Of a stretch of DNA of 25,167 nt, positions 8,641 to 16,998 are shown piece after piece. The translations under genes and the position numbers were made by a program. The stretch lies in IMG/VR virus record IMGVR_UViG_3300032295_001751, positions 1 through 25,167 of that record. One strand, given 5' to 3'. The notes beneath the pieces were generated by a model. That model saw nothing but the letters and a program-made list of their open reading frames with translations, was not told where the DNA came from and did not search any database. This DNA comes from a virus. Lineage: Duplodnaviria > Caudoviricetes. Positions within the stretch are counted from its first letter, which is position 1, and each line of letters begins with the position of its first letter.

Positions 8641-10005
8641 TCAGCGAGAACCTTGGCGGGCTCTGCGACGCCGCGCTGCTTCAGCAAGTTGAGACTCGAT
8701 GCTGATAGGTCCGACCTGACCCTCAAGGCTCTTGCGCATGCGGTCCTGGCTGGCCATCTGGGTGTTGTTCATCGTCTCACGCGGCGGCTCGTACGATGCA
8801 CCAGCGTAGCTGCTACGAGTCATGTCCGGTGCTGGGAACGACGCCGCCGAGGTCGGCGTAGATTCCGCAGGCTGGGTCTTGAGCATGTTGGCCAGACCCG
8901 GATCGATGCGATCTTCTTGCAGGTTCTTGCTGATCGCACCCACGTTCTTTGGCGTAGCGGTTGGCGTAAAGTTGGCGGGAGCCGTTGCAGGTAGCCCACT
9001 GACCAAACCAGACCGTTGACCGGCAAGGTTGTCAAACATATCGCCACGCATGGCTTGCTCAGATGCGGTCACGCCCGGGAGCGGAGTGCGGACCTTAGTC
9101 CCCGGCGTCCGCGCAAGCGCCGCGTACTGCTGCGCCATCTTCTCTTCTGCCGCAAGATCGCCTGCGTCCTTCACCGCGCCGCGCATCTGGAAGCTGTACT
9201 CAGGGGCGCCCATCACCTTTGCCCAGTCGTCAGACGTCGCCGGGCCGGCAAGCGCACCACCCTTCACAACACCAGGCGCAGCGGCCAAAGCTGAGCCAAT
9301 AGCGCGACCAGCCGCAGGAGCAGCAGCAGCTCCACCAGCAGCGCCAGCCGCCGCAGGGGTACCAAACAGCGCAGCGCCAGCTTCCGCAGAGCTGATTCCA
9401 CCAGGAGCTTCCGGAGCGCCGATGCCAAGTGCCTTCTTCAAGGCTTCATCATCAGCCGCGCTGGGCGATCCGGCAGCCATGCCGAGCTTCGTGCCCATGC
9501 TGACGCCGCTCTCAATAGCCCCCGACAACGCAGCGCGTTTGCGAGCAGCGTCCTGGCGCGCACGTTCGCCCTCGTAGTACGCGAGTTGGCTTTGCGCCCG
9601 GGACTGTTCCATGGCGCGAAGGTCCGCAAGCTGCGAGGCGTACTTGGCCTGCACCTCGGGAGCCTGCTGCATCGCCTGGCGCTGAAGCCCCGCCTGCTGC
9701 TGAGCAGTGCCACGGTTGGCCAGCGCCTGGAGGTTCTGGAGCGTGTTGGCTCGGGCATACGCTGCGCCGGCTTGCGCCTGCGTCGTGCCGCCTTGAGCCA
9801 CTCGTTGGATGCCAGCGTAGGCTCGCTTCTGCGCCTCCTCGGCTTCATCGACGCCGAACAAGCCACCGAGAGCCTTCGAGATGAATGGCGTCGCCGCCCC
9901 TGCAACGCCACCGATGACGGCGCCCCAAGGCCCAGCAATGGAAGCTCCGGTTGCTGCACCAGAGGCGCCACTCTTCAACGCATCGTACCCATCCGGATCT
10001 GCCAT
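8641..10005 (-). CDS. Internal virion (ejection/pilot-type) protein, 454 aa
   Basis: N-terminal glycine zipper GASGAATGASIAGPWGAVIGGVAGAA, a Q/A-rich coiled coil and a low-complexity C-terminus. SD GAGGA. Confidence 0.75.
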   Translation of the reverse strand: MADPDGYDALKSGASGAATGASIAGPWGAVIGGVAGAATPFISKALGGLFGVDEAEEAQKRAYAGIQRVAQGGTTQAQAGAAYARANTLQNLQALANRGTAQQQAGLQRQAMQQAPEVQAKYASQLADLRAMEQSRAQSQLAYYEGERARQDAARKRAALSGAIESGVSMGTKLGMAAGSPSAADDEALKKALGIGAPEAPGGISSAEAGAALFGTPAAAGAAGGAAAAPAAGRAIGSALAAAPGVVKGGALAGPATSDDWAKVMGAPEYSFQMRGAVKDAGDLAAEEKMAQQYAALARTPGTKVRTPLPGVTASEQAMRGDMFDNLAGQRSGLVSGLPATAPANFTPTATPKNVGAISKNLQEDRIDPGLANMLKTQPAESTPTSAASFPAPDMTRSSYAGASYEPPRETMNNTQMASQDRMRKSLEGQVGPISIESQLAEAARRRRARQGSR

Positions 10006-10012
10006 GACTTCC

Positions 10013-13000
10013 TCAGTGCTTCGCTTCAGAGGTAATACGCTTGTCGAGACCGCTCTTCAAGCCAACAACGAGAGCCAAGTTGGAGAGCGCCATGCCGAAG
10101 CCCGTGGTCAGCGGAGTGGTCGTCTCACCCTCCACATAGCCCACGGTGATCTTCTGGCCCTTCTGCTCTCGAACGTGGACTTCGAGCTGCGCACGGCCTT
10201 GGGCCGCAACAACTGAGTCCACCTGCGACTGCGTCCAGTCGATGAGCTGGTAGTTCTCCAGGCTGGGCTTGTAGTCCGTAGACGTCACCAGCCGGACCGC
10301 GCAGTACTCGGCGTTGCCCTGCGGAGGAGTGAACGTTCCAAGGATCCGAACGCGCTTCACGCGCTGCATGCCCTGGACTTCGTTGAGCGAGATGGGAGCC
10401 GTAACCACCGTCATCTTGACGTAGTTCTTCTCCTCCAGTCGCTTGGTGTCGTAATACACAGACGGGTCGTAGTAATACGCAAACGCCTGGTTCGAGTAGT
10501 CGGAGGTGTTGGAGCACGCCATCCAAACATCGGAGCCAATCAGCGCGATGCTGAACATGCCCCGACCAAGGTAGTCCGAGGTCGCAATGTTGAACTTGGA
10601 CCAGGTCTGGGTCTGGTAGTTGAACACGATGACCTTGCCCTCGGGATGCGTCGTGACCGCATCGATGGTCGAGTCGTGGCACACAAACCAGACCTCGCGG
10701 TTTGCCGGGTAGTGCGCCGCGCTGGTGATGTGCGGGTAGTCGAGCAAGGTCTCGCGGACCTTGGGCACGGGGACAACGTCGAGCGCAGGCGTCAGGAGTT
10801 CAAGGCCGCGAGCGGACTGGAAGAACACACCAACCGGCGTCTCCACAACCGAACGATGGTCGATGCATCCAACGCCAGCAGGCAGGTTGAACGGCTCGCC
10901 CATCGACGGGCCGTAGCCCGTTGCATCGGGGAACGTGCCCGGCACGACGTAGACGTCCTGGTCCTTGAAGATGATCAGGTTGCCGTTGAGGCTGGCCAGA
11001 CCCGTCACCGGACCACCGTCGCCAATGGTGATGGTCAGCTGGTCGTTGAACCCAGGGCCGTCCGTGGGCGTGATTGGCTTCGAGAACCACACGACGGTGG
11101 GGTCGTCCGCGCCGCCGATGACGATGCGGTTCTGGTGAACGCACATCGCCTTGCACGCCGGAGGCGGCACGTTGTCGAGCACGTTGCCCGTCGTGTACAG
11201 GTACGGCTCAGACAGGATGCCGTTGTAGTTGCGCGACGGTCCGTCGAAGCACTTCAGGTTCGTCGAGACGAGCCCCAGCGGGTAGTCCCCCGTGCCGTCA
11301 AACGTCTGGCCCGACCACGGGACGACGCCACGCGTTGCGTTGCGGCTGATGACGAAGTCCGACGAGTCGTTCTCGAAGTTGGAGAACGGCATGCGGTACA
11401 GCACCGTCGAGTACGGCTCCGCCGTGGTGTACGGCTGCAGCACGACGCGACGGGCATCCGCCGCCGCCGTCTTGAGACGGTTGGTCAGCTCCAACCGCGG
11501 CACGAAGAAGCCGTACTGGAACACGCTGACGGTGCCGCCCATGTACGTAGGAACGCCAGACGTTGGGCTGGTCCAAGGAGCGCCCTGGATCTCCGCGCAC
11601 ACGGTGAATTGCGTCGCGTTCGAGGGCGCCGAGCGCACCATACGGCCAGTGCCGTCAGAGTACTCGTAGCACCAGCGCATCAAGAAGTCGCCGCCAGCGT
11701 CAGCCGGGTTGTAGTTGCTCTGCTCAGGCTGATCCCAGCCCGGTGCCGACCTTGGAGCCCACACCCACAGCGCGGTGTTTCTCAGGTCAAAGGCTTCGCC
11801 GTCAGCGTCCGTTCCAGACCCGTTGTTCTGGTAGCGCCCGTAGTAGTGGGTCAGATCCTTGGAGTTGTTCAGACGGAACGAGTAGTTGCCGCTGTTCGCA
11901 CGCCCGAACTGGGTGAGGCGCGGGTCCGAGTAGACGATCTCGTAGTTCTTCGACGGGTCGCCGCCCCAGTTGGTCGTGATTAGACGCCACGCGCAGCCCA
12001 ACGACGGGTCCGCAAACCCGTTCTTGTCGAGGAGCCCAGCTTCGTACTTGAAGTACGGCTTCGTCACGTTGAGCAGAAACCAGCCGTCCGCGCCGGAGTT
12101 GCCGCCTCGGTTCCAGAACGCGTTCGCCTGCCGGCCAAAAGCCGTGGCCGTGTTGGTCGTGTTCTGGTCGGCGATGTAGACGTCTTGACCTTGCCACGGC
12201 CAGTTGATGCTGGTCAGGTCCTTCTGCGGCCAGACGAGCGACGTGATCTCGTTGCAGCCAACGCCGTCGAACACCGACGGGACGCCGCCGTTGACGAACG
12301 TGTAGTCGCTGAAGAGCTGCATCCGGCGCCAGTTCTGTGCCGTGTCCTCGTAGTCGATGGCGAAGACGCTCTCGGTGCCCTTCGAGCTGCCGTCGCGGAG
12401 CGCGCCAAGCGTGGCCACCGTCGCGGTCTTGGTCAGACGCGGCGTGTTCAGCGTAACCGCCGTGACGCGCATCATGTTGCACGACTCGACGAAGACGCCG
12501 ACGCTGCCCGAGTACGTGAACGACTCGGCAGACCCGCTCGACAGCTCGATGTCCGCGTTCTTGCCAGGCTGCGTGACCGACATCACCGCCGCGCCAGTGC
12601 CGATGTTGATCAAAAACGTATTACGCTGGCTGTCATCGCCAGACGGCGTGATGGCGCACAGAAACTTGCCGTTACTGCGAACCAGGCTGCCCACGAGGCG
12701 CCACGGTCCACCAAGTGCCGTAGCTCCGTACGACGTCGTACCTCCCGTATCGGAGATCGACAGCAGGTTGATGTTGGTGCCTGGATCCCAGCGGTAAACC
12801 TCGAAGAAGTTGTTCTTCGCGTGCGGGTCCGCTGCTCCAAACGGCTCATCGCCATTCGGAGACGTGACCAGGTTCGCGCTGGTGGACGTCACCGCCAGAA
12901 TCACCTGCAGGTCAGCGGTCTGGCTGATGGACCAGCGGTGAACGCAGTGCTCAAGACCCGTGCGGCACGAGTAGCTCGTCGTCACGGAGGGAAGGTTTAC

Positions 13001-14890
13001 ACGGTCAGGAATGTCGGTGACGGTGACGCCAGCAACGACGGAGCCGATGAGCAGCTGGTGCGCGTGCGCGCCCGTCAGCGTACCGGGTCCGGCGCCAGTG
13101 ATGGACGTGATGGGAATCGGCGTCGCTGGGCTGCCAGACGAGACGGTCGAAGTTCCGTCCACAATGGCCACCTGAGTAATCTTGCCGGCGGCAACCCATA
13201 CGGTGCAGTTGGTCACCGCGATGTTCGCACCCGCGTAGATCGTGCAGTCGTAGTGAATGCCGTTCGCGAAGCCGTTGTTGGTGCCGCCGGACAAGTCCAC
13301 CCAGTTGACCTGCTGGGCGCTGATCGTGCCGGAAATGGGCGAGTCTTTAATGTAGGTATGCACCTGCAGCGGGTAGCCCGCCGCCGCGATCTGATCCGTG
13401 TATAGCTCAAGCGCCTTGTACGGAACCAGGTTTTCCACAGTAAATTGCGACAGGCTGAGGGTCGAAGACCACGCCTGACCAATCGTTGCCGCGTACGGCT
13501 GCTTGGTTCCGTCGCTCAGCGCAACGGTCACCACCGGGGTTTGACCAATAGCGGTGATCGGGAACGAGGTCGCAAGCACCGTGTCGATGCGCGACGACAT
13601 GCTTGCCGCGCCCGAGTAGTACTTGCCGCCGACGGCAGACCCGATAACCTGGGAATGGTCGTCCGCCGTCTGGAAGCCGATGAACGGAAGGCGCGCGTAG
13701 TTCGCGTGAACGCTGGCGCTGCTCGCCGTCAGCAGGATCTTGCCCGCGACAAGTTGGCCGTCGAGCAGGTTCGTCGCCGTGACTGCATCAGAGTAATACC
13801 GAGACACTACGCGAACAGCAAATGGTACGTTATCCGTCTGAACCCCGGCTACCGACGAGGTCACAGGGTCGTTCTCGAAGACGATGCCGCGAGATGCCCA
13901 CGGGCAGTACCACTCTCCGCCAGGACTGACGGTCGGCAGGATGTTGGCCAGCGTCTGCAGAGTCGTAACCACCGCTCCCGTGGACGGGTTGATGGTCACG
14001 AACTTGGCCGCAACCTTTGACGGGGTTGTGCTGCTGGCGGTGTCTGCCAAGCAAAACGCGAACAAGGCGTTGGCGTACGTCGGGCTGATGTAGCTCGCGA
14101 CCACGTCGAACGACCGGTAGCAATTCTGCGTGAGGTAAACGAACGGGCTTTGGGTCGCCGTCACGGTGCCCGCCGACGGGTTCACCACGCAGTACTCGAC
14201 GTCTCCGCCGCTCTTGCGCCAAGCAATCAGCGGGTACTCGACGCCGTTCTGCTTAAGAACGGTCATCTTCAGGTTGGTCGCCGACGTCGTGTAGTTGCCA
14301 ACGGCGTTCGTCAGGCGCGTGGGCTGCACGATGAAGGCGCCCGTTGCTGCGTCCTGGATGGCGTAATAAACGGAGTTGCCGTCGCCACTGGTCTGCGAGG
14401 TGTACGCGAGGTCGCTGGACAGTTCCTGCCCCGTTCTCGTGCCACTAACCCACGCCGTGACGCGACGCGCGTTGTCGAGCACGAGCACCGTCTCCGTCTC
14501 GATGACGCTGCCGCCGGACGCAGTGACGCCGTGGAGCGTGCCGACGTAGCTCGACAAGCTGTTGACCTTGCGCCACCCGTGCTGCGCGTCGCTGCCGACG
14601 TACTCGTAGAACGTGTTGCCCGCTGCCATGACCGCGCGGGTGCCGTTCTCGCCGTAGTACGATTCGAGGGCCTCGACCGCCGCCGCTGGGGCTGCATCGC
14701 CATCGAACGCCGTAGCGGGCACCCCAGTCGCACCCGTCACGAGCGTCATGCCGTGGCGCTTCTCGATGCGCCCAGGCTGACGGATGACCGCGTTGTCGCA
14801 CTGCGCCAGTTCTGGAGGCGGAAGCTGGTCAGGGTCATTGAACTCGTTGATGCCACCAACGAACGGGATGTTGACGACCCTCTGTTCCAT
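10013..14890 (-). CDS. Tail nozzle / tail tubular protein B-like virion protein, 1625 aa
   Basis: N-terminal FVGGI...DP...L...DNA....G.IEKRHG. C-terminal beta-propeller-like blocks (HQNRIVIGG..VWFSK; VTGLASLNGNLIIFK; GCIDHRSVVETPVGVFFQS; VIVFNY...WS). Lies between the adaptor and ejection genes. Confidence 0.8.
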   Translation of the reverse strand: MEQRVVNIPFVGGINEFNDPDQLPPPELAQCDNAVIRQPGRIEKRHGMTLVTGATGVPATAFDGDAAPAAAVEALESYYGENGTRAVMAAGNTFYEYVGSDAQHGWRKVNSLSSYVGTLHGVTASGGSVIETETVLVLDNARRVTAWVSGTRTGQELSSDLAYTSQTSGDGNSVYYAIQDAATGAFIVQPTRLTNAVGNYTTSATNLKMTVLKQNGVEYPLIAWRKSGGDVEYCVVNPSAGTVTATQSPFVYLTQNCYRSFDVVASYISPTYANALFAFCLADTASSTTPSKVAAKFVTINPSTGAVVTTLQTLANILPTVSPGGEWYCPWASRGIVFENDPVTSSVAGVQTDNVPFAVRVVSRYYSDAVTATNLLDGQLVAGKILLTASSASVHANYARLPFIGFQTADDHSQVIGSAVGGKYYSGAASMSSRIDTVLATSFPITAIGQTPVVTVALSDGTKQPYAATIGQAWSSTLSLSQFTVENLVPYKALELYTDQIAAAGYPLQVHTYIKDSPISGTISAQQVNWVDLSGGTNNGFANGIHYDCTIYAGANIAVTNCTVWVAAGKITQVAIVDGTSTVSSGSPATPIPITSITGAGPGTLTGAHAHQLLIGSVVAGVTVTDIPDRVNLPSVTTSYSCRTGLEHCVHRWSISQTADLQVILAVTSTSANLVTSPNGDEPFGAADPHAKNNFFEVYRWDPGTNINLLSISDTGGTTSYGATALGGPWRLVGSLVRSNGKFLCAITPSGDDSQRNTFLINIGTGAAVMSVTQPGKNADIELSSGSAESFTYSGSVGVFVESCNMMRVTAVTLNTPRLTKTATVATLGALRDGSSKGTESVFAIDYEDTAQNWRRMQLFSDYTFVNGGVPSVFDGVGCNEITSLVWPQKDLTSINWPWQGQDVYIADQNTTNTATAFGRQANAFWNRGGNSGADGWFLLNVTKPYFKYEAGLLDKNGFADPSLGCAWRLITTNWGGDPSKNYEIVYSDPRLTQFGRANSGNYSFRLNNSKDLTHYYGRYQNNGSGTDADGEAFDLRNTALWVWAPRSAPGWDQPEQSNYNPADAGGDFLMRWCYEYSDGTGRMVRSAPSNATQFTVCAEIQGAPWTSPTSGVPTYMGGTVSVFQYGFFVPRLELTNRLKTAAADARRVVLQPYTTAEPYSTVLYRMPFSNFENDSSDFVISRNATRGVVPWSGQTFDGTGDYPLGLVSTNLKCFDGPSRNYNGILSEPYLYTTGNVLDNVPPPACKAMCVHQNRIVIGGADDPTVVWFSKPITPTDGPGFNDQLTITIGDGGPVTGLASLNGNLIIFKDQDVYVVPGTFPDATGYGPSMGEPFNLPAGVGCIDHRSVVETPVGVFFQSARGLELLTPALDVVPVPKVRETLLDYPHITSAAHYPANREVWFVCHDSTIDAVTTHPEGKVIVFNYQTQTWSKFNIATSDYLGRGMFSIALIGSDVWMACSNTSDYSNQAFAYYYDPSVYYDTKRLEEKNYVKMTVVTAPISLNEVQGMQRVKRVRILGTFTPPQGNAEYCAVRLVTSTDYKPSLENYQLIDWTQSQVDSVVAAQGRAQLEVHVREQKGQKITVGYVEGETTTPLTTGFGMALSNLALVVGLKSGLDKRITSEAKH

Positions 14891-15336
14891 CAGAAAAGCT
14901 CCAGGTGCAGTCGCACGGGATCCGTAGACGTGGACGTCTCGTTCTTCCCAGTCGTCGGATTGTAAACGGTCGTGGTCGGAGCCACATACTTCAGGCGCAT
15001 GATCTTTTGCCCAAGCTCACCCGAGACGGGGATGAGCTGCAAGTTTGGCGACGCCGAAGGCATAGCCGAAGACGAATTGCCGTTGGTCAGAATCTTGGCA
15101 ATGTTGAAGCCTGCCGGTATCCGCCCAAGCTGATGGGGAATGTCGATGGTTTGGCCAGGCCTGAACCGCACGCCTTGATCAGGCGCGTTCTTGTTGAGGC
15201 CGGTCACCGTCTGACGCGGAGGCGGGGCAGCACGAGCCGCTTGCGTGGCCTGCTTTACCGCATCTTGGATGTCGTCGACTTTGGTGTCGCCCGTCGGGGT
15301 CGGGGCGTACGCTTGCGGTTTCGTTGGTGCAGCCAT
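14890..15336 (-). CDS. Small virion structural protein, 148 aa
   Basis: IPHQLGRIPAG motif. SD GGAGG. TGATG coupling to the nozzle gene. Confidence 0.7.
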   Translation of the reverse strand: MAAPTKPQAYAPTPTGDTKVDDIQDAVKQATQAARAAPPPRQTVTGLNKNAPDQGVRFRPGQTIDIPHQLGRIPAGFNIAKILTNGNSSSAMPSASPNLQLIPVSGELGQKIMRLKYVAPTTTVYNPTTGKNETSTSTDPVRLHLELF

Positions 15337-15339
15337 GGA

Positions 15340-16302
15340 TCACCTCCAGTAGCCGTAACGCCTGCTCAAGAGTCGAGTATTCCTGATGCGCTCAGGTTGC
15401 GATGCGTCGCGGTCAGCAGCATGAAGCTGGATGCGCTCCCACATCTCGTCGCGGATGGTCTTGAGAGCTGCGGCCTGCTCGATGCTCTCCTCCTTGAGGA
15501 GGCACTTGATGGCCACATCCTTGATGACCCAGTCGTCCCATCCAGCGCGCCCGTCAACGCGGTCATCCATGTTGAGCATGATCGGAGGTGCCGGGTAGTA
15601 CCAAAGACGCAGGGAGCCGCTCAGGCGGTCCGGGGCAATGTAGAGCTTCTCGCGCCCGTTGACCGAGATTACTCGGTACAGCGCAAGCTGCGAGGTGCCG
15701 GCGTAGATGCCAGCTTGGGTGAACATGTTGAGTTCATCCCACTGGAAACGCTTGAGCGGGTTCCAGAACATACCACTGGCAGCGCCAGCGGTGCCGAACC
15801 ACACGCCCTTAACCTTGTAGAAGTCCGACTCGATGGTCGCCGTCACCGACGCCGTCGTGTTCGCGCCCTGAACCACCGTCAGCGTGTTGAAGTTGCTGGT
15901 GTCCGAGGCGGTAAAGTAGCCCGAGCCCTCTTCGAGAAGAGAGATGCTTGTGATGACGCCAGCCGTCACGGTGACCGTGGCCGTCGCGGTGTTCACCGAG
16001 CTAAGCTGGAGCGTAACAAGCCCCGCTGAATAACCGGAGCCGCCCGACGCAAGGGTGATTGCGCGGACGACACCGGTAGGTCCAGCATTGAGGATGTCGT
16101 ACGTTCCTGCGCCCGTGCTTTGGATATCCACGTAGCGCAGGAAGTACTCTTGATCGAAGAGGCAGATACGGTCGTAGAGCTGCGCCCACGACTCGTTGAT
16201 GTAGTCGCGAATCTCCGTCGAACTCACGAACGCAGAGTTCACCATGTCCGCCTCGCGGCGGATGAAGGTTTCAAGCTCTGAGAGACTTCGCGACCTAGCC
16301 AT
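15340..16302 (-). CDS. Head-tail adaptor (tail tubular protein A-like), 320 aa, with internal insertion
   Basis: N-terminal LSEL...IRREADM...FVS..EI.DYINES...LYD, core DFYKVKGV, L.LWYYP.P, and C-terminal W..WVI..VAIKCLLKEE pattern. Downstream of the capsid genes. Confidence 0.8.
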   Translation of the reverse strand: MARSRSLSELETFIRREADMVNSAFVSSTEIRDYINESWAQLYDRICLFDQEYFLRYVDIQSTGAGTYDILNAGPTGVVRAITLASGGSGYSAGLVTLQLSSVNTATATVTVTAGVITSISLLEEGSGYFTASDTSNFNTLTVVQGANTTASVTATIESDFYKVKGVWFGTAGAASGMFWNPLKRFQWDELNMFTQAGIYAGTSQLALYRVISVNGREKLYIAPDRLSGSLRLWYYPAPPIMLNMDDRVDGRAGWDDWVIKDVAIKCLLKEESIEQAAALKTIRDEMWERIQLHAADRDASQPERIRNTRLLSRRYGYWR

Positions 16303-16571
16303 CAGTACTTCTCCTCGTCCTCGTCTTCTTCGTGCTCTTCGCCTTCTTCGTCATCCATGTAGGAATCGCAGACGCGATGCATCTCGGCTTGGAGCTTAGC
16401 AGCCTTCTTGAAATCACCCGACTGAAGAGCGGCCCATTGAGCCTTCAACATGGGGATGAGTTCCTCAGAAGCGCCTGCCGACTCGCGCTTAGAAGAAGGC
16501 GGAGCCTCCTCCTCGTCGTCATCCATGGGCTTCTTGCCCGACAGGATGATGGCCAGTCCCTTGCCCTTCAT
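16302..16571 (-). CDS. Small acidic hypothetical protein, 89 aa
   Basis: TGATG coupling at both ends. Very acidic C-terminus DDEEGEEHEEDEDEEKY. Confidence 0.75.
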   Translation of the reverse strand: MKGKGLAIILSGKKPMDDDEEEAPPSSKRESAGASEELIPMLKAQWAALQSGDFKKAAKLQAEMHRVCDSYMDDEEGEEHEEDEDEEKY

Positions 16572-16969
16572 CAGGCAATCACCGAGCTGTTGGAGCAGGT
16601 GAGCGTGACGCAGAGCGTTCCGGCAAGGTCAATCGGACCAACGGTCCCAGTGCCCTGGTCGTACGCCTGAAGCACGCACCCAGCCGTGGTGACTTCCTTG
16701 ACGTTGATGCAGGTCTTCTTGGTCTTGTCGAACGCAGAGACGTAGACCGCCTCGACGTTCAGGACCGCGTTGACGCTGCCGCTGTCAAAGGTGACCGTGT
16801 AGATCGTGCTCGTGGTCGTTCCACTCTGCACAATCGTGAGACCACGACCAGCGGAGAGCGTAAGGACGTTGGCCGCACCAGCACCGTCAACGGACCACTT
16901 GGTCGAGAGCTTGACCTCTTTGACCACGTTGGTCCCCTCCGGGGGATACAAGAATCGGGTAATCGCCAT
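16571..16969 (-). CDS. Putative capsid decoration/minor head protein, 132 aa
   Basis: Beta-rich Thr/Val/Ser composition. Immediately follows the major capsid gene. SD AAGGAG 7 nt upstream of ATG. Function is positional inference. Confidence 0.65.
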   Translation of the reverse strand: MAITRFLYPPEGTNVVKEVKLSTKWSVDGAGAANVLTLSAGRGLTIVQSGTTTSTIYTVTFDSGSVNAVLNVEAVYVSAFDKTKKTCINVKEVTTAGCVLQAYDQGTGTVGPIDLAGTLCVTLTCSNSSVIA

Positions 16970-16972
16970 GTG

Positions 16973-16994
16973 TAGGCTCCTTTCTTAAAGCCTA
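16973..16994 (-). promoter_or_regulatory. RNA hairpin occluding the SD of the gene after the major capsid gene
   Basis: Minus strand reads TAGGCTTT-AAGAAA-GGAGCCTA, an 8-bp stem (2 G-U pairs). The 3' arm contains the GGAG of the SD. Confidence 0.55.
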
Positions 16995-16998
16995 TGGC

